Origin: Lama guanicoe
Taxonomy: Eukaryota
Direction of reading: 5' to 3'
Assembly (NCBI GenBank): GCA_013239625.1
Contig: MU053559.1
Coordinates: 372,001 to 436,000, forward strand
Length of the DNA stretch: 64,000 nt
Shown here one piece after another: positions 52,191 through 64,000 of this stretch. The position numbers and the translations under genes are program-made. Under the pieces are notes generated by a model. The model made no database searches. It was not told the DNA's origin and worked only from the letters and a program-made list of their open reading frames with translations. Every line of letters begins with the position of its first letter. Position 1 is the first letter of the stretch.

Positions 52191-53159
52191 GTGTCACGGG
52201 TTGTGATGTCTCTGTGTGGCCATTTGTGCCCATCTAAGGATGTGAACTCCACAGTTTGTGAGTGAGTGTCTGATGGTAGGGGGGTCTCTGAACTGTGTGT
52301 GGCTGTGTGAACCAGGGCGAGAGGTCTCTGACCTGTTTGAGAGTGTGTGTCCCCCTAAAATGGTGGGCTTTGAGGTTTTGGTATGTGCATGTCCCAGGAT
52401 GTGAGGTCTCTCCACTGATTTTGTGTGTATATATGTGAGGTCTCTGAGGTGTCTGTGAGTTGTGTCTAGGTTGGTAGACCTTGGATGTTTCATGGATATC
52501 TTCGAAATAGGAGATTTCTGAGTCATATGGTGGTATGTATATATAGATACATGTACCAGGATGAGCGGTCTCTGATTGGTTTAGGTGTATATATCCAGGT
52601 GTGAGGTTTGAAGCTCATTCTGAGTGTATTTCTTGTGGTTTGAGGTCTCTGATCCTTTTGTGAGTCTGTGTCCCAAGATATGAACCCTCTAAATTATTTG
52701 TGGGTGTTTTGTGAAGATGTCCAGTTGTACAATCAGTCTCGAGGTGTTTTTCCTAGAATGTGAGGTCCCTTTCTTGACTGTTGGGGTATGTTGCAGGACC
52801 AGAGATCTCCGATCTGTTTGTGGGTGTATGTCTGGGGGTGTGAGGTCTCTCATCCGTGTGGGTGCATTTCTCAGAGGAGGTCTCTGTTCTGTTTTTGCTT
52901 TTCTATCACAGTATTTGAGTTTCTGATCTCTTCGTGTGTGTTTGTCAAGGTTGTGTGGTTATATCGTCCCAGTTTGTTAGGTCCCTACCCTGTGTGGGGG
53001 TTGGTGACACAGAACGTGTGTCTCACTCCTATTTTGGATGGATGGGCAAGGGCGGGAGGTCTCTGACCTCTTTGAAATTGTATGGCATGGAATGTGAGGG
53101 CTTTGAGCTGCTTATGGGTATACATCTCAGCATGGGATGTTTTTAATTGCTTGTAGAGG

Positions 53160-53657
53160 GATTGGAGGAATAAATGTCCCTGAAAGATGTCCACGTCCTA
53201 ATCCCTGGAACATGTTTAAAAAAAAGCCCTTTGTAGATGTGATTAAGTCATCATCTTGAGATAGAGAAGATTATCTGGAATTTTCCAGGTGAGCACAGTG
53301 TAATCACAAGGGTGCTGATAGGAGAGAAGCAGACCAGTCAGTCAGAGAAGCAGATGTGATGACAAAAAAGAGAGATCAGACAGAGAGAGATTTGAAGATG
53401 AAACGCTGCTGGCTTTGAAGTTGGAGGAAGGGGCCCTGAGCTAAGGGTTGCAGGCAGCTTTAGAAACTGGAAAAGGCAAGGAAGCGGATTCTCCCCTAGG
53501 GCCTCCAGGAGCAATGCAGCTCCACCAACAACTTGAGTTTCGCTCTTTGAAACCCACTTTTGGCTTCTGATCTGTGGAAAGGTAAGGTAATAAATTCGTG
53601 TTGTTTCATGACACTAAGATTGTGACTTATTGCAGCAGCAATAGGAGATGGACGCAG
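53160..53657. mobile_element. MLT1D-type LTR, copy 3
   Basis: aaagatgtccacgtcctaatccctggaac...tttgaagatgaaacgctgctggctttgaag...gcagcagcaataggagatggacgca. Confidence 0.8.
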
Positions 53658-54931
53658 TGTCCCGGTCGGTGATGTCTCCATCTGGTTGTTGGTGTCCAGC
53701 CCAGGATGTGAACTCTGTCATCTGTTTGTGAGTGTGTGTCTGATGGTCGGGGGCTCTGATTATGTGTAGGTATATGAACCACGTTGAGAGGTCTTGGATT
53801 GTTTGAAGGTGTGTGTCCCAGAACTGATGGTCTTATAGCTGTTTGTGGGGCTCTGTGTCAGAATGTGAGGTCTCCACACGTTTCTTGGGCATGTCCTAGG
53901 ATGTGAGGTGTCCAAGCTGATTTGGGCAGTACATTTCAGTATGTGAGGTTTCTGAGGTGCTTGTGGGTTGAATTCCAGGTCGAGAGGTCTCTGATCCATT
54001 TGGGTTTTTTTTCCCCAATATATGGTTTCTGCTTTGTTTAATCGTATGTATACTAGGATGTTAGGGCAGAGGGCAGGGGGTTTCTGAACTCTTTGGGAGT
54101 ATATGTCCCTTGACTTGTGAGGTCTCTGATCTCTTTGCTGGTAAATGTCCCAGCACATGAGCTCTCTTATCTGTTAGCAGATCCATCTTGCAAGATGTCA
54201 AGCCTTTGATCTGTTTCTGGTGTTTTCCCAGCCTGTGAGGTTTCTAACTTGACTGTGGTTGTGCGTGGCAGGATTTGAGGTCTCTGGTCCATTTGTGCGG
54301 CTGTGTCTCAGGGGCATCTATCTGGTTTCTGCATTGTTTCTGGAGTGTATCCCAGGATGTGAACTTTCTGATCTATCTGTTATCTATGACCCAGAGCTTG
54401 AGGTTCCTGATATGTTTGTGGGTATATATTGCAGAGTCTGAAGTCTGTGGTCTTTTTGTGGCTTCATGTTCAGGTTGTGAGGTCTCTAGCCTATCTGTGG
54501 GTGTATATCCCAGGATTCCAGCTCCCTGATTTGTTTGGCATAGGGTGTAAGGGCTCTGAACTATTTGTGGTGTTTGAGGTCTCTGATCTCGTCTGGGTCG
54601 TGAGGTCTGTAATCTCTTTGTTGGTCTGAGTCCCACGATGTGAATTCCCTGATCTGTTTGTGGGTCGTGTCTGATGACATGAAACATCTGATGTGTTGAC
54701 TGATCAATGAAGCAGAGTGTGAAGTCTCCAACCTGTGTCTCTCCCAGGATCTGAGTTATCTGATTTCTGCTTTCAGCATGCCTGAGGAAGTATTTGGTCT
54801 CTGGACTCTATGAATGTACATCCTAGGATGGGAGTTCTCTGAGCTGTTGGCATGTGCATGTTCTAGGTTGTCAGATCTCTGAGGTTTGAGGGGAATATTT
54901 CCAAGCTTATGAGATTTCTGATTTGTTTGCT

Positions 54932-54932
<1 letters not shown>

Positions 54933-54996
<64 letters not shown>
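54933..54996. repeat. (TATC)n / (GATA)n tetranucleotide microsatellite
   Basis: 16 perfect TATC units. Confidence 0.97.
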
Positions 54997-55839
54997 ATCT
55001 ATCTCTCTGTATCTCTATCTATATATTTATCTGATCTGAAGGCTTGTATGTTCAGGCTGCGAAGTTACTGAGCTCTCAGTGGGTCATTTCCCTTGGTTTG
55101 AAACCTCTGACCTGTTTGGGAGAATGTCCCAGAATACCAGCTATCTGACCTTTTAATGGGTGTGTGTTGTAAGATCTCAGGTCTATGACTGGTTTCTGGC
55201 TCTTTTTCCTGGCATGTGAGGTCTCTGACTTGATGGCGGGTGTATATTGCAGGATTTGAGATCTTTGATTTGTTTGTGGGTCTCTGTCTCAGGTTGTGAG
55301 GTCTCTATCTGTTTGTGGATGTATGTGTCAAGATGCCAGGTCTCTGTACTTACTCTGGTTGTATTTCCTGCACGTAAGATCTCTAACCTGTTCCTAGTTT
55401 CATGTTGCAAGATTTATGGGCTCCGATCTCTTTTTGGTGGTATTCCTCACTCAAGGTTTCTGAGCTGTATGTGAGCACTCATCACAGTATGTGAGTGCCT
55501 GAACTCTTTGTGTGGGTTCATCAAGGATGTGGGGTCTGTTTGGTTTGCTGGTACATGTCCAAGGGTGTGGGGTATGCCCTGTTTGTGGGTTTACATCCAA
55601 GAATGTGTTTCTCTCCACAATTTGTGTGTGTATGTCCCAGATGGTGAGTTCTCTTATGTATTTGTGAGTTTCATTTCAAGTGATTGAGGACTTTGAGCCT
55701 TTTTTTTTTTTTCGGTACGTGTTCCAAAATGTGTGTCTCTCTGTTCTTTTTAGATGTGTGTCAGAGGCTGGGAGGTGTCTTATCTGTTAGGAATAGCATG
55801 ACTCACAATGCGGTCTGTGAGCTGTTTGTGCGTGTGGTT

Positions 55840-56365
55840 CTCTGGTGTCTGAACAACAGACCGCCCTGCCCCCGCCCAAAGGTCTACTTCCCAATCCCTG
55901 GAACCTGTGATTCTGTTTGCTGACACGGACAAGGGGACTTGGCAGGTGTGATTAAGTTCAGCATCCTGAGATGAGATTATCCTAGATTACCTAGGTAGGC
56001 CCCATGTCATCACGCATGTCCTTACATGAGGGAGGCGTGCAGGCAGGAGTTGGAGGACACAATGCAGTGACAAGCGGTGTCAGAAAAGGAGATGTGATGA
56101 CAAGCAGAGATCAAAGAGAGACAGACAGATTTGAAGATGAAACCTCCTGCCTTTGAAGACATAGGAAGGGGCCATGAGCTTGGGAACACAGGTGGCCCAT
56201 AGGGACCGGATTCTCCCTTAGGAGCTCCAGAAGCCAGTCAACTCTGCTGACACTTTGACCTTTACCCTGTGAGACTCCCCGTCAGCCTTCTGATCTGCGG
56301 CAATGGAAGATAACAAATTCATATTGTTTTATGATAATGAGACTATGGGGATTTGTCACAGCAGC
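55840..56365. mobile_element. MLT1D-type LTR, copy 4
   Basis: ccaatccctggaacctgtga...ggcaggtgtgattaagttcagcatcctgagatgagattatcctagattacc...gatttgtcacagcagcaa. Confidence 0.8.
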
Positions 56366-57869
56366 AAGTCCTGATGAGGTCAAAGTCCTGCACCTTCAAG
56401 AAATGGAATAAATGTGGCCTTCTTTTCTTTAAAAAGAAAAGAAAAGAAAAGAAAAAGGAAGAAAAGAAATGAATGCAATGTCATTGCCCTACCTCTACCT
56501 GGATGTCAGTGCCCATCCCAGGATGTGAACCCCAGGATCTGTTTGTGAGTGTGTGTCTGCTGAGGGGAGGTCTCTGATTTGTGTGTGGGTATTTGAAGCA
56601 GGGTAATATGTCTCTGATCTCTTGGATGGTTGTGTGTCTGAGAATTTATGGGCCCAGCTGTTTTGGGGTGTATGTCCCAGGAGAGGAGGTCTCTGATCTG
56701 AGTTGGGGTACATGTCCCAAGATGTGAGTTCTCTGAACAATTGAGGGGTGTATGTGTTCAGGGTGCGAGAACTCTGCGCCCTTTGCAGGGAGGTTTCCCT
56801 TTTCTTGAAATCCCCAATCTGTTTCTGGGTTTATGTCCCGGGACATGAGGCTTCCTGATCTGTTTCTTTGTCTCGGTCTCTTGGTGTGAAGCCTCTGGTG
56901 TGTTTGCTGGTGACGAAAGTGGGGAGTGAAGCCGGGTGGATATCCCATGATGGGAGTTCCTTCATCTGTTTGTGGCTACTTGTCTGATAGCATGATGTGT
57001 CTGATCATTTCACCAGGGAAATGAACAAGGGTGCGCGGTCTCTGACATATTGAGTGTATTTTCTCGGGAGGTGGCTTCTCTGATCTGTTCCTCAATGCCT
57101 GTCCTAGGATGTGAGGTCTCCAATGCGTTGTGAAGGTGCATCCCAGAGTGTGAGGCCTCAGATCTGTTTGGGGGTACATGTCCCACGTTGACAGCTCTCT
57201 GATGTGCTTCTGGGTGTATTTTCATGCACGTGAGAACTCGCACTTGTTTCTGGGAGGATCTCTGGGGATGCATGTTCCAGGATCTGAGCTCTCTGATCTC
57301 CTTGAGTCTGTATGCCCCAGGATTTCCAGTGTCTGTCTTTATCTGGGTGCCTTTACCAGCTCGTGAGGTCTGTACCCTGCTTGTTGATTCATGTTGCAGG
57401 ATTGGAGGTCTCTGGTGTGGTTTGGGTTGTATTTCTCAGATGAGGTCTTTGATCTGTTTGTGCATGTATGTCAGAGAATGGGGGCTTTTCCCCCCTGCTC
57501 TTTGTGTGTGTATGTCCCAGAGTCAGAGGTCTGGTCTGTTTGGGGGTCCTAGAATATGGCTCCCTTATCTCTTTGTGGGCATGTCGGGCCCTTCTTCCCT
57601 TTGGGTATGTCTGTCCCAGAGAGTGAAATTCTCTTACGTCTTTGCGGGTTTAATTTTCAGAATGTGAGGACTCTAAGCATTATTTGGTGAATGTTCCAGA
57701 ACATGTGGCTCTCCCATCTGTTGCATGTATTTTCCCAGGGTGGAAGGTCTCTGATCTATTTGGAGGTGTGTGACTCCAAATGTGAATTCTTTGAGTACTT
57801 CATGGGCATATGTCCCAGGATGTGAGGTGTGAGGTGTGAGGTTTCTCTTTGTTTGTGCATATATATTCT

Positions 57870-58185
57870 GTTTGGTCAAATAATGGATCACCAAATAGGT
57901 CCTCACCTGCTTCCTGGAACTTGTTAACATGTTGTCTTACCTGGGAAAAGGGGCTTGGCAGATACATGAGATTGAGACAGTTATCCTGGATTACCTAGGA
58001 GGGTCCAGTATAATCACAGGGATCTTTAGATGAGGGAGGCAGAATCTTCAGGATCAGAGAAGACAAGTGACTGTGCCTGTCAAGATAAAGAGTGCCATGT
58101 GATGACGGAAGTAAAGTCACCAAAGGTGATGTAATGGCAGAAGCCGAGGTCAGAAAGAGAGTTTTGAAGTTACAATGCTTGAACC
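57870..58185. mobile_element. MLT1D-type LTR, copy 5 (3'-truncated)
   Basis: ttcctggaacttgttaacatgttgtcttacctgggaaaaggggcttggcagat...ttatcctggattacctaggagggtccagtataatcacaggg. Confidence 0.7.
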
Positions 58186-61100
58186 CCCTGACGTCTCTGT
58201 GGCTATGCCATGAGATGTCTACCATCTGGTGTATTTCCTGGGTGCATTTTTCAGCATGTGGAGTGTCTAACTTGATTGTGGATGTATGTTGCAGGATTTG
58301 CAGTCTCTGATCTGTTTGTTTGTTTTGTATGCCCCCGGCTGTGAGGTGTCTAAACTTTTGGTCAGTGTGCACCCCAGGACTCTGATCTGTATATGTGAGG
58401 ACCGATCTGTTCCCATGTGTGATTTGTAGGTTTTGATGTGTCTGATCTGTTAGTGTATGTCTAAGGATATGAAGTCTCTGAGGTGTTTGTGGGTGTGTTT
58501 CCCAGTGTGTGATTTTTGGGAGCTGCTTGTGGGTATATATTCCAGAATATATGTCTCCATTTTGTTGTGTATATTTTGCTGGTGGGAGGTCTCTGATCTG
58601 TTTGCCACTATCTTCCCAGAATTCCAGGTCACTGATATATTTCAGTGTATGTCTCAGGATCTGTTATCTGTATTCTCTTTGGGTGTAGTCACCGGATGTG
58701 AGGTCTCTGATTTGTTTGTTGTTGTCTGTTCCAGAATGCAAGGTTTATGAATGGTTTGTGGTGTGTTTTGCAGGATTTCATGTCTGTGATCTATTTGAGG
58801 GTGTGTGTCCTAGGATGTGAGGTTTCTAATCTGTTTCTGTGTGTATTTCTCAGCATGTGAGGTCTGAGAACACTTTGTCGCTGTGTGTCCAGGATATATC
58901 CCTGGTAGCTTCATGGGTATTGTCAAGCATTTGAGGTCTCTGATCTGTTTCTTGCTGTGTTCTAGGATGTGAAATCCCAAACAGTTTGTGGGTATGTGTC
59001 CCAGGCTGTGTGGTCTCTGATCTGTTTGTGGCTATATATCCCAGTGTTTGAGGTCTCTAATCTCTTCGTGGATGTATTTCCCAGGATTTGAAAGTGTATT
59101 TCCCAGAATGTGCCTCTCTCTGGTCTTTTCTGATGTATGTCCCAGGGTGGGCGGTCTCTGAACCCTTTGTGGGTGTACACACCATGCTATATACTCTTTG
59201 ATGTTTTGCAGGTGTGTCTTAGGGTGTGAGTTCTCTGTTGTGATTGTGAGTGTATGTCCTAAGACATGAGTTCTCTGACCTCTTTTGGGGTTTATATCCC
59301 AGGATGCAAGGTCTTTTGTCTAGTTCTGTGTGTATTTCCAGCTTGTGAGGTCTGTTACCTGTCTGGGGGTATATGTCCAAGGATGTGAAGTCTCTGATCT
59401 ATTTGAGGGTCTGTGTCCCAGGGTGTCACATTTGTTTGTGGGTGTACTTTATGATGTGAGACACCAGATCCCTAGTATGTGAGGGTCTGTTCTTGTATGT
59501 TCATTGACAGTGTGTGGTGTTTCATCTGTGTGGGGCTCTGTGTCCCAGGTTACAAAGTTTTGACCTTTCTTTGTCCCCACATGTGAGGTCTCAGAGGTGT
59601 TTTGGGTTTATGTCCCAGGATTTGCGTCTCTGGTGTCTTTGAGAGTGTGAGTCCCTGGCCTGTCCTTTGGTTTATTTCCCAGGATTTGTGTGTCTATTTG
59701 TGGGTATAAGTCCCTGGATGCTATTTCTCTGAAATGTTTCTGAGTGTATAGCTCAGCCTGTGTGGTTTTTGATCTTTTAGTGGGTATATCACAGGATATG
59801 AGGTCCGTTCTTTCGGGGTGTGTATTTCCTAGAATTTGAGTTCTCTGAGCTGTTTCTGTGGGTATGCCCCAGGGTGTCAGGTCCCTGATCTGTTTGGGTG
59901 CATACGTCCTACGATTTGAGCTCTCTGAATTATTCCGTGTTCTGAAGTCAGCATATTTTCTTGAATTATATTTTGGGGTCTAACCCCTAAGTCTCAGAAG
60001 GATTTCTGAATCCTGGATTTGAGGGTTCTGAGCTTTTTCTGGTCTACATTCCAGGGGTGAGTTTACAGAGCTGTTTGGGTGACTGCCCTAGAGTATGTGG
60101 TCCCTGAGCGACCTGTTCGGGGTGGATTTTCAAATACGATATCTCTTCCTTTCTGGAGGCCTCGGTCACAGGATGTGAGCTATCTGACTTGTAGGGTTTT
60201 GTTCCAGGGCCAACGTCTCTGAGCTTTTAATAAGGGCGGAGGGGTTTTGCACTGATGAGGGAGTTTTCTGAGCCATTTGGAGGTCTTTATTCAGTGTGTG
60301 AAATCTCTCACCTCTGTGGTGGTCTCTGGGCAGAGTGTGATGTCACTGAACTCCTGAGAAGTTTCTTTTCAGGCGTGAGGTGACTGAGCTGTTTGGGGGA
60401 GGGGGGAGTCTGTGCTCAGGGTGTCACCCCTCTGAACCGTTTTGAGTCCATGTCCCAGGGAATGATTTTTCTCTGATGTTGGGGGTTTGGTCTTCAGGCA
60501 TGAGTTTTCAGAACAGTTTCAGGATCTGTTTCACGAGTTTAAGGTCTTTCTGCTGTTTCAGGCCTCCGAGGTGCTCCACCCTCTGCGTGCCAGGGTATGA
60601 GATCCCTGATTTCCGTATCCCTTGGTCTTGAGGTCCCTGACTGTTGGGGAGTGTTGGCAAGGGTGAGGTAGCTCTTGTTGGGGAAGTCTTGGTCCCAGGG
60701 TGTGAGGTCTCTGACTTACTAGGGGTCTGTTTCCAGGGATTGAAGTCTCTGAGTGGTTTGGGGGTTCTCTTCCCAGTTGATGACATCTCTTGGGTGTTTG
60801 GGCCGGGGGGGTGGTCCTGTATGCAGGTTGTTACAGTTCTGACCTGTGCAGGGGTCTGTGTCCTAGGGCGGCAGTTTTGTTAACGCTGAGCATTTTAGCG
60901 TGGAATGTCTGATGTGTGAGGTCTCTGGCCTGTTTGGGGATCTGCTTTCCAGATTGTGAAGTTAACAAACTCTTTGAGGATTTCTGTCCCATAATGTGAG
61001 GTGCTCAAGTCGCGTGGGCACGCGTAGCCAGGATGTGTTGTATCTGAGTCATTGTGTCTGTCTCCCAGGTTAGAAGTTCTCTGAGCTGTTCGAGAGCCTG

Positions 61101-61299
61101 TGTGCACCAGGTGAGGCCCCTAAGCTGTTGCGGGTCTGTGTCCCAGTCTGCCATCTGTGGCAGACTGTTTGGTGATCTGTGTCCGTGAGTGTCAGGTGTC
61201 CGAAATCTTTCTGGATATAAGTACAAAGTGCAAGTTCCATGCATGGCTTTGAGGCCTGAGTCCAGGCTATGCTATTTCTCAGTCATTTCGAGGTCCATG

Positions 61300-61440
61300 T
61301 TTATTTATTTATTTAAAAATTATCTTTAATGGGGGGTTAATTAGGTTTATTTATTTATTTTTTAGTGGAGGTACTGGGGATTGAACCCAGGACCTTGTGC
61401 ATGCTCAGCAGGCGCTCTACCACTGAGCTACCCCCTCCCC
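61300..61440 (-). mobile_element. Vic-1-type SINE in the array
   Basis: ggaggtactggggattgaacccaggaccttgtgcatgctcagcaggcgctctaccactgagctacc; TSD-like gaggt.catgttta. Confidence 0.88.
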
Positions 61441-63239
61441 TCTTTGAGGTGCATGTTTAGAGTGTGACGTTTCTGAGCTGTCTTGGGGGTGTTAGCCTAG
61501 GATGTGAGGTTGCTGAGCTGTTTGGGGTCTGTGTCCAGGCCCTGTGACCTCAGAGTTATCTGGGGGTACAGACCCAGGATATGAAGTCTAGAAGGTTGGG
61601 AGAGGCTCTGGGTTCAGATTTTCAGGTCTCTGAGCTCTTCTGTGAAACACAGTGTGAGGCCTCTGAGCTGTGTGGGCTGTCTCAGTGTACGAAAACGCTG
61701 AGCTATTTGGGGGAAATCTGTGCCCAATACATGACATCTCTGAACGGGAATCTGTCGTGAGTGTGCGGTCGCTGGGCTGGCTTAGAGCCTGTGTCCCAGC
61801 GTCTGTGATTTCGGCGCTCCCTAGTATCACGTCGGTGTGTGAGGTCTCTGCCTGGTGGTCTGATAAGAGGGCGTGAAGTCTCTGAACCGTTTGTCCATCT
61901 TCATCCCAGTAAGTTCTCTGGGAAATTGGTGGGTCCTATGCCCAGTTGTGATGTCTCTGAACTTTGTGGGGGCCTGGAGTCAGATTTCCCGGTTTCTGAG
62001 CTCTTTGTGTATGTGGGTTAAAAAGCGTGAGCTCAGTCTCTGAGCCAGATAGAGATCTGTTTCCCAGGGTTGGAATTCTCTCAATAACATGTTTCTGGGC
62101 TGTGAGATCTCTCAGTTCTTTGGGGTCTGAGTTGTTTGTGGCACTACATTTTCAGGAGAGGGGCCTCTGGGATATTTAGTGCTGTTTTCCATGTTGTCTC
62201 TGCAGCTCGTGGTGGGGGGAGATTCTGTCTAAGGTACATGATTTTGGAAAAGTTTAGGGATCTGCGTTCAGAGTGGGAAGTCTCTCGGGTGTCTGGGCGG
62301 TCTGTGTCCAGGATTTCACATCTTAACTGTTTGTTTGGGGGTCTGTCTGAGGCTGTGAGGTCTTTGAGTAGTTTGGGGATGGATGATGAGAGTGTGAAGG
62401 GCCCCAGGTTGTGTGGGTAGCAGCATCCCAGGCTGTGAGGTCTTTGAGATGTTGGTGCATCTCTAGCCCAGAAATCTGATGCAGTGCACGAGGCAGCATC
62501 TGTGGTCTCGGAGCTCTTTGGGAGCCTGTGCCCCGTAGTTTCAGTGCAGCCTGAGTTGTGTGGGGTTTGGGTCCAGGTGTGAGGTTGCTGAGCTGTAGGG
62601 AGATGTTATCCCAGGGTGTGAGGTCCCTGAGGTCTGGGGTCAGTATGCAGGGTATAAGGTCTCTGAGCTGCTTGCTGTCCTAGGTGCCCTGTGGCCTCTG
62701 AGTTGTTTAGGATTCTGTCACCTGTGTGCGAGGTATCTGAAATATTCGGGTATCTGTGTTACACCATGTGCGGTCTCCGAGCAAAAACAAAGGGCACTGG
62801 CTGAGGGATAATGACAAGTAAGTGTATCTGGAACATCGTATCTGTTCTCTGCTTTATACCCTGGCACACACACGCTTTTCTCTTTGCATGGAGCAGGTCA
62901 GCTTTGGGTCCATAACTTCTAAGAGCAGCTAGAATTGTAGCATACTTCTGTATTTCCACTGTATTTCTCTGGTTATTTTTATTTATGGCCAGTTATAATG
63001 GTTTGTCCATTTAGACAGCAATGGATTTAGTTTGCTTTTTCAGTGCATTTTAAAATGTAAGTATACAGGAGGCTTATTTTAGGTCAAAATGTTAAGTGGA
63101 CAACGGTGGAAGTGGTACTGTGGGGGGTGTTAGTCAGATGGCTGAGGTTTGAGGAACACGTTCCTGGGCATCCCTCTCCCAGCCTCTCACCCCCCCAACC
63201 CCCACCTCCACGAGGCCTTCAATCCCCACACCATGGTTT

Positions 63240-64000
63240 GTTCCACCAATAACTTGTTTTATTGAGGCCCATCCCGGACTGGGTAGAGCCGAGGGATATA
63301 CAAGAGGAGGATCAGATTCAGTCCATGCCTGAAGGTCAGTTGGGGGGTGGGGAGCACGGACACACAAATGGACACACAGATCTGGCATCTGGTGGCAGGG
63401 CACACAGTCTCACATAGGGACACTCTGCGCACAGGTAGTCAGGGAAGGCTTCCTATAGAAGACCTCACAGGGGAAGCAAGGGGCGAGGCAGCGATCAGAG
63501 CCTTCGCCTTTTGTACATTTGTGGGCAGGTAACTTTTGAGACCAGTGGACCCGAGGTGAGCGCAAAGGGCTGGGGGCAGGAGCTGGGAGGTGGCAGGGGC
63601 TTCCCCTCACCTCGGCCGTACCCTCGTGGGCAAGCCATCCCCACCCCCCATCCTTGGCCTGTGCTTTGCCTTCTGCCACATGGGCCCTTTCCTGGGATCC
63701 ACCTCCGTAGTTTTCAAGGCTTCCCTGAGACAATCCATGTGGACCAGGTACTCTGCCCAGTGCCTGGCACCTCGTCAGCACCCCATCAATGCGTATTTTG
63801 TCCTAAGTGCTATCTACAGCCTAGCTAGGTCTTGGTTCCAACTCTGGGTACTCCCAGCAGCCATCACACCCCAGGTCGGGGCTCCTGGCACCCTGAGCTC
63901 CCAAGAACCCTGGGCACCCTCTACACACTCCCCAAGGCAGAGCTCAGTCCCAGCCCACCTGAAGGCCTGGGGAAGTCTGGACCACCTCTCACTGGCCAGT
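63240..64000 (-). other. SUV39H1: Probable SUV39H1 3' UTR end with AATAAA (63258-63263)
   Basis: Unique non-repetitive sequence. Minus strand ...CAGGCATGGACTGAATCTGATCCTCCTCTTGTA...GGGCCTCAATAAAA resembles the recalled human SUV39H1 mRNA end, and the order SUV39H1-GLOD5-GATA1 on one strand fits human Xp11.23. No coding exon is in the window to confirm it. Confidence 0.62.

Larger units (their letters stand above)
34090..62760 (+). repeat. ~28 kb degenerate tandem array of a 38-40 bp monomer, interrupted by TEs and a CpG island
   Basis: Hundreds of same-orientation copies of CCAGGRTGTGAGGTCTCTGA spaced 38-40 bp apart. Examples: tgtgaggtctctgaactgtttggggtctgtgtccaggg (~37123, 38 bp) and ccaggatgagagatttctgatttgcttgtgagtgtatatt (~45506, 40 bp). 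Confidence 0.93.

Noticed and set aside
34090..62760. Array as a CRISPR-like locus or a decayed C2H2 zinc-finger gene (minus strand CAGAGACCTCACATCCTGGGA resembles the QRxHTGE linker)
   Set aside because: Eukaryotic context with no cas genes. The sequence between cores is homologous, not unique spacers. The period is 38-40 bp rather than 84 bp, not a multiple of 3, and there is no CxxC/HxxxH pattern.

Overview
Mammalian genomic DNA, very probably camelid (many tRNA-Ala-derived Vic-1-type SINEs), from the X-linked SUV39H1-GLOD5-GATA1 interval, with all three genes on the minus strand. The left end holds GATA1 non-coding erythroid exon 1, its promoter (CACCC boxes, palindromic double GATA) and the E-box/GATA haematopoietic enhancer about 3 kb upstream. 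GLOD5 has four intact coding exons (15.7-8.6 kb). The right end is probably the SUV39H1 3' UTR. The main unexplained structure is a ~28 kb, strongly strand-asymmetric, highly degenerate tandem array of a 38-40 bp monomer (core CCAGGRTGTGAGGTCTCTGA) at 34.1-62.8 kb. It has 38-bp flanks, a 40-bp core, kb-scale duplications that each carry the same MLT1-type LTR, an embedded CpG-island promoter, and orphan monomers on both sides of GLOD5. Also present: a second ~32-bp degenerate array (17.6-19.0 kb), a CpG-rich hAT transposase fossil behind a CCAAT/CHR-type promoter (28.8-29.9 kb), and many L1, L2, MIR, MLT1, ERV-LTR and MER elements. Gene and repeat-family names come from recalled sequences, not database searches; repeat boundaries are approximate.
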